Shown one piece after another: positions 16,436 through 23,787 of a stretch of 24,000 bases of DNA. Both the position numbers and the translations under genes were made by a program. How positions within the stretch are numbered: position 1 is the first letter of the stretch; each line of letters starts with the position of its first letter. Location: positions 22,391 through 46,390 of the forward strand of contig CAVRGR010000003.1 in assembly GCA_963720775.1 (NCBI GenBank). Reading direction: 5' to 3'. This stretch comes from Ilumatobacteraceae bacterium (GTDB lineage: Bacteria > Actinomycetota > Acidimicrobiia > Acidimicrobiales > Ilumatobacteraceae). The notes under the pieces are model-generated. The model worked only from the letters and a program-made list of their open reading frames with translations. It had not been told where the DNA came from and did not search any database.

Positions 16436-17403
16436 GGGTGCCCACGATAGAAGGTAACGGTCGCACGCAAGCCGTCATCGAGAGAGGTTGCGGCCTTCCA
16501 CCCGAGCGATTCGGCGATGCTGGTGCCATCCGTGTGGAACGACCCGATGTCGATGCGGTGCTGTTCCTCGGGCCAGGCGACCAGCTCGACGCCGCCCGCA
16601 CCACCTATAGCATCGGTGACGCAGGAGGCGATCTCGGCCAACGAATGATCGAGCACGTGGCCGACGTTGAAGACCTTGCCGATCGCCTCGGGTGCGGTTG
16701 CGGCGAGCAATGCCTCGACCACATCGTCGACGTACACGCAATCGCGACGCTGCGATCCGTCTCCGAAGATCTGGATCTTCTCACCCGACAAGCCCTTGCG
16801 GATGAAGACCGGGAGGAAGCCGAGCTCGTCGCTGGTCAACTTCTGGCGCGGGCCGTAGACGTTGGTCAGCCGCAGGCTCGTGGTGGGCATGCCGTGGGCC
16901 GAGTGGTACACCAGGTGCAGTTGCTCGCCGGCCAACTTGGCGACGCCGTTGACATCCATCGGCCGTGTCGGGTGCAGTTCGTCGACCGGCAAACGAATCG
17001 GCCGGCCGTAGACCTGGCGCGTCGAAGTGTGCACGACGCGCGCAGTGGGGTTGACGCGGCGGAGGATCTCGAGGAACGAGGCGTGGCTGACGGCGTTGAG
17101 ATGGAGGTCGACAAGCGGATCGCGCATCGAAGCTATGTGGCTGACCTGGCCGGCGAGGTTGAAGATGATGTCTGCGTCGGCGACCACATCGGCGGCCGCG
17201 GGCTCGCCGATCTCTGCGTCGACGATGTCCACGTCGAGTCCTTCGACGTTGCGGCGGTCGCCGCCGTGCCCTTCCACCGATGCGTCGATGATCCTCACGG
17301 CGGCGCCACGGCGAGCGAGCTCGTGGCACACGTTGGAGCCGATGAATCCCAACCCTCCCGTGACTACGCACACGGTGGACGAGAGGTCGTCGCGCAGGGG
17401 CAT
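16414..17403 (-). CDS. NAD-dependent epimerase/dehydratase family (extended SDR) protein
   Basis: The true start is ATG 17403 (MPLRDDLSSTVCVVTGGLGFIGSN = GxxGxxG). Other motifs are FNLAG, VHTSTRQVYG, RLTNVYGPRQ and DCVYVDDVV. The expected YxxxK is NGVAK here. The 3' end overlaps the aminotransferase start by 22 nt. Confidence 0.88.
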   Translation of the reverse strand: MPLRDDLSSTVCVVTGGLGFIGSNVCHELARRGAAVRIIDASVEGHGGDRRNVEGLDVDIVDAEIGEPAAADVVADADIIFNLAGQVSHIASMRDPLVDLHLNAVSHASFLEILRRVNPTARVVHTSTRQVYGRPIRLPVDELHPTRPMDVNGVAKLAGEQLHLVYHSAHGMPTTSLRLTNVYGPRQKLTSDELGFLPVFIRKGLSGEKIQIFGDGSQRRDCVYVDDVVEALLAATAPEAIGKVFNVGHVLDHSLAEIASCVTDAIGGAGGVELVAWPEEQHRIDIGSFHTDGTSIAESLGWKAATSLDDGLRATVTFYRGHPWYLSST

Positions 17404-17431
17404 CCCGCGATGATAGAGAAGCCTGCGTGCA

Positions 17432-18184
17432 ATGATCGTCCACGTGGACGATGACGAGTACCAGCGAATGGTGAAAGCCGGAGAACGGCACTGGTGGTAT
17501 CGCTCGACGCGAACGCTTCTCGAGACCCTCATAGCGCCCCTTCTCGGCCCCGTCGGCGGCAACTCGATCTATCTCGACGCGGCGGGCGGTTCGGGCGCGA
17601 CCGGTTCGTGGCTGGCAGATCGCGCCACGACCGTTCTCGACGATTTCGAACCCGTGGCGCTGCGGGCGGCGACGGTGGACCATGCCGGCTACCGAGGAGT
17701 CCGCGCCGACCTCAACGCTCTTCCCCATCCAGGCTCGTCGTTCGACGCCGTCTTGTGCGTGACTGCTCTGTACCACCGGTTGAATCCGAATCCGCAAGCG
17801 GTGGTCGACGAGTTCGCCAGAGTCGTCAAAGGTGGCGGTCTGGTGTGCTTGATGGAGCCAGGGGGAAAGTGGCTCTGGCGCGGTCACGACGAGGTCACCC
17901 AGGGTGCGAGGCGATTCAGTCTCGCCGAGATGAGATCGATGATCCGCGCTGCCGGTCTCGATCTCGTGCGCGCCACCGGCGCCTATTCGTTCTTGGTACC
18001 TCCCGCAGCCGTCATGGGGGTCATCGAGCGAGGCAAGAACAAGAGCGACGTCGGTCGCAACGAGAGTGGGCTTGGCGGACTCCTGGGCCTCGTGGCGCGT
18101 GCCGAGCGGGCGCTGCTCCGCAAGGTCGACCTGCCGTTCGGGCTCTCGGTGATAGCGATCGGTCGAAGGCCACTCGACCCGTGA
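17432..18184 (+). CDS. Class I SAM-dependent methyltransferase
   Basis: The N-terminal ERHWWYRSTR resembles the H(F/W)W(F/Y) element seen in polysaccharide-cluster methyltransferases. Motif I is YLDAAGGSG. The post-I acidic residue is in VLDDFE. Also present are FDAVLCVTALYH and VVKGGGLVCLMEP. Confidence 0.82.
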   Translation: MIVHVDDDEYQRMVKAGERHWWYRSTRTLLETLIAPLLGPVGGNSIYLDAAGGSGATGSWLADRATTVLDDFEPVALRAATVDHAGYRGVRADLNALPHPGSSFDAVLCVTALYHRLNPNPQAVVDEFARVVKGGGLVCLMEPGGKWLWRGHDEVTQGARRFSLAEMRSMIRAAGLDLVRATGAYSFLVPPAAVMGVIERGKNKSDVGRNESGLGGLLGLVARAERALLRKVDLPFGLSVIAIGRRPLDP

Positions 18185-18187
18185 AGG

Positions 18188-19054
18188 TCACATGGTGGCG
18201 CCGTAGGACTCGTCGAAGAACGCGGCCGCGATGTAGTCGGGATGCAGATAGCCGAAACCGTTGTCGCCCCAGCTCGTTCCCCAGCTGTTGCGAACGATGA
18301 AGCGTCCGTCGGCTCGATAGCCCACGATGCAGATCGCATGTCCGCCGCGCACGGTGTCGGGGTGGAAGACGTCGATGTTGCCGTTGTTCGCTGCAGCGTT
18401 GTCCCACGACGAGTCGACGTTGAACGCCGACAAGATGGGCCCGCCGGTTGCCAGCCACGTCTTCCAGCTGGTCAGGTTCTTGTGGAGGTTGAAGTAGGCG
18501 GCGATCTTCCGCTGCGCGCAGTTGGCGTAGAACGTGTTCTCGTTGCCTGTGTACATCTTCGTCTGGATGTGGAACGGCAGATCGTCCATCAGGGCGACAC
18601 CGGTCTTGCGAGCGACATCCATCGCGGCCTTCAACGTCGTGCCGGCTTCTTCTATGAAGCTTTCGGCGCGGTTGGTGATGGTGTCGGTCTCCTTGCTGGC
18701 CATCCACACGTGACGGGGCGACAGCAGCACGTTCTGACTGATCTTGCCGGCCTTTGTCATGTGATAACGCACGACTCCGTCAGCGGTTGCCCAGCCGACG
18801 CACGAGCCGGTGTTCTCCTGGTTGTTGATCGTCCACCACGCGGCGCGCAGGTCAACGGACTTGGGTGGCGCCTTGGGAGCGCCGATGGATCCGGCAGCGA
18901 TCGAGTCGCTCAGCTGCCAATCGCCGTCCGTGCCCTTCGAGGGCACGACGTTGCAGATGAACTTTTCGAAGTTCGCTGCTGCCTTCTTCGCCGCTGATCG
19001 CTTCTTCGCCGGCGCTTTCTTCGCTGCCTTCTTCGCTGCCTTCTTGGCTGCCAT
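18188..19054 (-). CDS. Papain-like (C1 family) cysteine peptidase with N-terminal Lys/Ala-rich tail
   Basis: The catalytic constellation is present: Q79...NTGSCVGWA (Cys85 codon 18802..18800), GGHAICIVGY (His), and VRNSWGTSWGDNGFGY (Asn-Ser-Trp). The N-terminus is MAAKKAAKKAAKKAPAKKRSAAKKAA. There is no hydrophobic signal peptide and no propeptide. GAGGAG lies 6 nt upstream of ATG 19054; an alternative ATG is at 19060. Confidence 0.85.
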   Translation of the reverse strand: MAAKKAAKKAAKKAPAKKRSAAKKAAANFEKFICNVVPSKGTDGDWQLSDSIAAGSIGAPKAPPKSVDLRAAWWTINNQENTGSCVGWATADGVVRYHMTKAGKISQNVLLSPRHVWMASKETDTITNRAESFIEEAGTTLKAAMDVARKTGVALMDDLPFHIQTKMYTGNENTFYANCAQRKIAAYFNLHKNLTSWKTWLATGGPILSAFNVDSSWDNAAANNGNIDVFHPDTVRGGHAICIVGYRADGRFIVRNSWGTSWGDNGFGYLHPDYIAAAFFDESYGATM

Positions 19055-19125
19055 GGTCATCTCCTCTGCGAGTGCTCGACGGGAAGACGTTACGACGGAT
19101 CGCCGTGATACATGGACGCGTCCGT

Positions 19126-21622
19126 TCAGTCGGCGGGGCGGTCCTTGAGGCGCTGCGCTGGTGCCGTCGAGGGGTCGGCCGGCCAGAGGTGCTTGGGGTA
19201 CCGCCCAGCGAGCTCCTTGCGGACCATGGCCCACGATCCGGCCCAGAACCCGGGGAGATCGTTGGTGATCTGGATCGGGCGGTTCGCCGGCGAGAGCAGT
19301 TCGATCGTCAACGGGAGACCATTGGCGATCGTCGGGTGTGAACGCGTGCCGAACATGTCTTGAACTCGCACCGAAACCGTCGGGTGGTCGCGCTCGTAGT
19401 CGATCGTCACCGTTCGACCGGCACCCGTCGTCAACGTTGCCGGCACCTGCTCGGCGAGCTGGCTCTGCTGATCCCACGAGAGCATGGCGCCCAGGACCAT
19501 CACCAGGTCGACCCTGGCGAGATCCGCACGGTTGGTCGCCCGCTGCAGGTACGGCGCCATCCACTCGTCCAGCGTGGCGAGCAGGCTCTTGTCGTCGACG
19601 TTCGGCCAATCACCAGCGAGGTTGGCGATGGCGAAGCTCATCCGGCGGCGCATCTGTTTGGCGGCCTCGGTCCAGTTCAGCGCGTCCAGACGTGTTGCCC
19701 GTACCCGGTCCAGATAGTGCCGCGACGGTCGCCTCGCCGGCGGTCGCCGGGCGGTACTGCTCGTCGAGCAGCATCGAACCGAGCCTGACGGTCTCGTGCA
19801 TCACCAACTCATCGCGCTGCTTGTCCCAGGTGAGGACCTCCCGACGTTCGACGTTGTCGCCGAGTGCGGCGATCAGTTGCGCCGGTTCGATTCCGGCGCC
19901 GATGCGCACGCGGGCACCGCTGCGATTGCCGTCGAGGTCGGCGGCAACGATGAAGCGCTCGTTGGCCAACGCGTCGTTGGGGGCAACCCACACACCACTG
20001 CCGGTGCGCATCTGGAACTGACCGGGTTGCCGCCGGCGAGTTGCGACGCGGTCGGGGAAGGCCAGCGCGAGTGCAGCTCCCGCGCGCTCGGCGTCGAGGG
20101 CGTCGAAATCGACATGCACGTCGCTGCGACGGCCGATGTCGACCGCGCGATCGCGCACACGGGCGAGGTCACGCCGGTCGGCTCGGTCATGGTGGTCATG
20201 ACCGCACACGAGGCGGACGCGCAGCGCCAGGTCGGCGGGCAACTCGTCTGCTCGACCGCGCAGCACGTCGCGCTCGTCGAGGATGGCAGCGATCACACAG
20301 CCCAACGCCTTGTCACCTTCCACCGCGGCGATCACCATGTGCGCCAACCGAGGGTGCAGCGGCAGGGCGAGCATGGCTCGGCCAGCGGCGGTCGGCCGGC
20401 CCCCGGCGTCGAGCGCGCCGAGACGCACCAGCAGTTCATGTGCCTGTTGCAGCGCTCTGGTCGGAGGCGGATCGATGAAGTGCAACTCGTTCACCGGGGT
20501 TCCCCACACTGCAAGCTCGAGCGCCACGCCGGCCAAGTCGACCTGCGTGATCTCGGCTTCGAGGTGTGCGCGGCGGGTGGCGTGTTCCAGCTTGCTCCAC
20601 AGCCGGTAGGCGACACCGGGCCCCGTTCGTCCGGCGCGGCCGGCGCGCTGGTCGGCGGACGCGCGGCTCGTGCTGACGGTCGTGAGACGGGTCATGCCGC
20701 TACCGAGGTCGTGTCTCGGCACGCGTGCAAGACCGGCGTCGACGACGATGCGCACACCGCTGACCGTCAGTGACGACTCGGCGATGTCGGTGCTCAAGAC
20801 CACACGCCGTCGCCCGGTTGGGCTCGGCTGCAGCGCCAGATCCTGCTCGGCCAGCGAGAGCGCGCCGGCAAGCAGGCGCACGTCGACGTCGTGTCCGACG
20901 CGGTCTACGAGGAACTGCTCGACCCGGCGGATCTCGCCGATGCCGGGGAGGAAGACCAGTACGTCGCCCGTCTCGTCGTTGAGGGCTCGCATCACCGCCT
21001 CGCCGGTCGCCTGATCGACCCGGGTTCCCTTCGTCATGGGCAGCCAGCGCATGTCGACTTCGAAGGAGCGGCCGACGCTCTCGATCATCGGGGCGCCTCC
21101 GAGCACGCTGCGAAGCTTGGCGACATCGGGTGTTGCCGACATCGCCAGGATCCGCAGGTCCGGCCGTACGGTTGCCCGCGCATCGAGTGCGAACGCGAGG
21201 CCGAGGTCGGTCGGCACGTTGCGCTCGTGAACCTCGTCGAAGATCACCAGTCCCACCCCGGGCAGCTCGGGGTCGCCCTGCAAACGTCGTGTGAGCACGC
21301 CTTCCGTCACGACCTCGATCCGGGTCTGGCGGCCGATCCGGCGCTCATCGCGAGTCTGGTAGCCCACGAGCCCGCCGACGTCGCTGCCCAGGAGCGCGGC
21401 CATGCGTTGTGCTGCAGCGCGGGTCGCCAACCGCCTTGGTTCGAGCATCACGATTCGGCCTTCGAGCCAGTCGTGTTGGATCAGCCAGAGCGGCGCAATC
21501 GTGGTCTTGCCGGCGCCCGGTGGAGCGACGAGCAGCGCCGTGCCGATGGTCTCAAGGGCCGTCGCCAGCCGCGGCAGCACGTCGACGACAGGAAGATCGT
21601 CGGCTGCTGCCGGCAACGCCAC
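19126..21622 (-). pseudogene. hrpB: ATP-dependent RNA helicase HrpB (DEAH-box), interrupted by an apparent 1-nt frameshift near the C-terminal domain
   Basis: The N-terminal frame (21622..~19717) has APPGAGKTT, FDEVHERN, MSATP, FLPG, STDIAESSLT and QRAGRAGR. The C-terminal HrpB_C-like part is in another frame (…19126): LDALNWTEAAKQMRRRM..., WPNVDDKSLLATLDEWMAPYL, LLSPANRPIQITNDLPGFWAGSW, RYPKHLWPADP. The frame switch is at ~19711-19722 (GCACTATCTG). The combined length is ~830 aa. Confidence 0.9.
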
Positions 21623-21625
21623 GTG

Positions 21626-22114
21626 TCAGCCGAGTGCTGGCGTGCCGTGAAACGGCCCGGGATCACCAGCCACTGGGATGGTGGGACTGATCCATGCCGT
21701 CGTCGCCGCGATCTGCTCGGCGACCGCGCGCCACTCCGCAGCGTCCCATCCCTCGGCGCATGCCTCGAGCGTGCCATCGAGCCGAATGAACACGAAAGCG
21801 GGTAGTTGGGCAAGACCAAGGGTGCGAACGAACATCCGATCCGGGTCGATGTAGACGAGGAAGTCGTCGGTCAACGGTCCGAGGAACGCCTTGGCTCCGT
21901 CGGCGTCGGCGGTGACGACGAAGTTGACCCTTGCGTCGGTGCCGCGCAAGTTCTCCAGGATGCGCGCCGCCGTCTTCAACACCCACGAGCTCTCGTTCGT
22001 GTACGGATCGAGCACCACGCTGGCCAGGTGGAACGTGGTCAACCACTCTTCCAACGGACGTGTGTCGCCGCCGAGCGCGGTCAACTTCGTATCGAGGGCC
22101 GGGTTGCTCGCCAC
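21626..22114 (-). CDS. Hypothetical protein, thioredoxin-like (TlpA/redoxin-like) fold lacking CxxC
   Basis: The 162-aa protein is spaced like redoxin-family proteins: ...LASVVLDPYTNESSWV where CxxC would sit, then VNFVVTADAD, FLVYIDPD, and LPAFVFIRLDGTL (like the cis-Pro strand). The stop lies 3 nt before the hrpB GTG. The function call is tentative. Confidence 0.6.
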   Translation of the reverse strand: MASNPALDTKLTALGGDTRPLEEWLTTFHLASVVLDPYTNESSWVLKTAARILENLRGTDARVNFVVTADADGAKAFLGPLTDDFLVYIDPDRMFVRTLGLAQLPAFVFIRLDGTLEACAEGWDAAEWRAVAEQIAATTAWISPTIPVAGDPGPFHGTPALG

Positions 22115-22173
22115 GGCTGCAGACGGTAGCGCGCCAGCACATCGCGCCCCAATGTGGCACTAGCGTCAGGGTG

Positions 22174-22992
22174 ATGCATCCGATCGAGCGGCTGCGCTAT
22201 GTGGCCAGGGCTTCGGGCGGGGATCAGCGGATGCTGGTCCGCGAGACCGCCGGGGCGCTTCGTGGTCTCGGTTTCGATCCGGCCGGTCTCGTCGTGGCAT
22301 GCCGTCGGATCGTCGAACGGCATCCGACGTCCGGACCGATGTGGTGGCTGTGTGCGACGGTTCTCGCCGCGGCCGACCCGTACCGGTGTGCGGCCGCCTT
22401 GGCCGACGACCTCGACGCCGATCCAACTCCCGACGTGTTGGTCGAGGCTCTGCCCGACGGTGCCACCGTGTGTGTCGTCGGGTGGCCCGATCTGATCGGC
22501 GAAGCGTTGCTTCGCCGCGGCGACGCGATGGTCCTTGCCGTCGACACCAGCGATGCAGCCGACGGGATGAGCGGTGACGCCTTCGTTCGCCGGTTGCGGC
22601 GCGCCGATGTCGAGGCAGAGAGCGTCCCGGCCTCCGGCATCAGCGCCGCAGTGCTGGCCAGCGACGTCGTGGTCGTCGAGGCGCTGGCCGCGTGTGACAC
22701 CGAGTTGTTGGCGACTACCGGTTCCCGAGCTCTGGCTTCGGTGGCGTACTGCTCGGAGGTGCCGGTGTGGGCCGTGATCGGTCGCGGCCGTTGCCTGCCA
22801 CCCGGACTGTTCGAGGCCATGGGTCAGCGCTTGGCGGACGTGCGGCTGCCGTGGGATGCACAGGCCGAACTGGTGCCGATGGGCCTGAGCAACTGGGTGG
22901 TCAGTCCGCATGGCGCGGTGCCGACTGTCGACGCGACGCTCGCGGCGGAGTGCCCGATGTCGTTCGAGCTACTCCGCTCCAGCGCCATGTAA
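22174..22992 (+). CDS. Conserved-looking hypothetical protein (possible eIF-2B/ribose-phosphate isomerase-like Rossmann fold)
   Basis: The true start is ATG 22174 (MHPIERLRYVARASG...); the upstream ORF part is Arg/Pro/Ser-rich junk that overlaps the neighbouring gene. The C-terminal half VVVVEALAACDTELLATTGSRALASVAYCSEVPVWAVIG resembles the eIF-2B-family core (GAdav..nG...n.iGT..lA..A....vP). This is a weak, memory-based similarity. Confidence 0.6.
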   Translation: MHPIERLRYVARASGGDQRMLVRETAGALRGLGFDPAGLVVACRRIVERHPTSGPMWWLCATVLAAADPYRCAAALADDLDADPTPDVLVEALPDGATVCVVGWPDLIGEALLRRGDAMVLAVDTSDAADGMSGDAFVRRLRRADVEAESVPASGISAAVLASDVVVVEALAACDTELLATTGSRALASVAYCSEVPVWAVIGRGRCLPPGLFEAMGQRLADVRLPWDAQAELVPMGLSNWVVSPHGAVPTVDATLAAECPMSFELLRSSAM

Positions 22993-23014
22993 ACACGCCG
23001 GGTAGCCTCCGTGA

Positions 23015-23482
23015 ATGGCGAGCAAACGTTCACAGATCACGATGACCGACGACGAGGTGCAGGCCTATCTCGAGTCCGAACGCATCCTCAACGTGGCTAC
23101 GAACGGCCCGTCCGGTTACCCGCATCTCGTCGCCATGTGGTTCGCCTTGCTCGATCGCAAGCCGGTGTTCTGGACCTACGGCAAGAGCCAGAAGATCGCC
23201 AACCTGCGGCGCGACGCGAAGATGACCGGCCTGATCGAGAGTGGCGCTTCCTACGACCAACTGCGCGGTGTGGAACTACGCGGCCGAGGCACCATCGTCG
23301 ACGACTACGAGGCGGTGCTGGAGATCGGCAAGGCGGTCGGCGTGAAGTACAACGGCCCGTCGGCGCTCGACGACGCGGCACTGCCGTTCTTCGAGGCGCA
23401 GGCGACCAAGCGCGTCGGAGTCGTCTTCGACATCGACCACATCGTCAGCTGGGACCACACCAAGCTCGCCGGCTCCTACTGA
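23015..23482 (+). CDS. Pyridoxamine 5'-phosphate oxidase (PPOX)-fold protein, probable F420/FMN-binding class
   Basis: The 155-aa protein has MTDDEVQAYLESERILNVATNGPSGYPHLVAMWFALLDRKPVFWTYGKSQKIANLRRDAKMTGLI. This is the typical split-barrel PPOX N-terminal pattern (..fL......LaT...dG.P....vwf......f.t...s.K..nl.rdp.v.l). Confidence 0.82.
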   Translation: MASKRSQITMTDDEVQAYLESERILNVATNGPSGYPHLVAMWFALLDRKPVFWTYGKSQKIANLRRDAKMTGLIESGASYDQLRGVELRGRGTIVDDYEAVLEIGKAVGVKYNGPSALDDAALPFFEAQATKRVGVVFDIDHIVSWDHTKLAGSY

Positions 23483-23502
23483 AGTCCTGGCACGGCCTCG
23501 CG

Positions 23503-23787
23503 TCAGCGGGATTGTTTCGGTGGATCGATGCCGATGCACTCGGTGATCGCCGCCCGCGCCACCTCGGCGCGCACCTCCATCACGAAGATGCGCGCCATCG
23601 GTTCTCGTGCGGCGAAGCGCATCATCGACGTGTGGTCTTCCGCCATCGTCGCCGGGATCTCGTTCTCCCACAGATCGTGGAGCGCCAACTGGCACTGCCA
23701 CAGCGGTAGCCAGGCAACCTCGACCACGCGGTCCTCCACGGGCAGGCGCTTCTTGTGCTGACCCGAGAGCCAACCCAACAGGTTCAT
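23503..23787 (-). CDS. Small protein, DUF2007-like (putative signal-transducing/PII-like fold)
   Basis: The real start is ATG 23787 (MNLLGWLSGQHKKRLPVEDRVVEVAWLPLWQCQLALHDLWENEIPATMAED...IFVMEVRAEVARAAITE). The pattern vveVa.....A.la...Le..gIpa.......i.V...d...A resembles DUF2007. The ATGA start overlaps the upstream gene's stop. The upstream ORF extension is Arg-rich junk. Confidence 0.5.
   Translation of the reverse strand: MNLLGWLSGQHKKRLPVEDRVVEVAWLPLWQCQLALHDLWENEIPATMAEDHTSMMRFAAREPMARIFVMEVRAEVARAAITECIGIDPPKQSR

Noticed and set aside
18974-19054. Short tandem DNA repeat (GCCTTCTTCGCT-type units), considered as a possible satellite or CRISPR-like repeat.
   Set aside because: It is in frame within the peptidase gene and simply encodes the (AKKA)n tail. 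There are no spacers or array structure.
19055-19125. 10-bp palindrome GGACGCGTCC (19113-19122) in the hrpB/C1 peptidase spacer, considered as an operator or terminator.
   Set aside because: The stem is too short (4 bp with a 2-nt loop as RNA). It occurs once only and has no supporting promoter elements, so I cannot distinguish it from chance.
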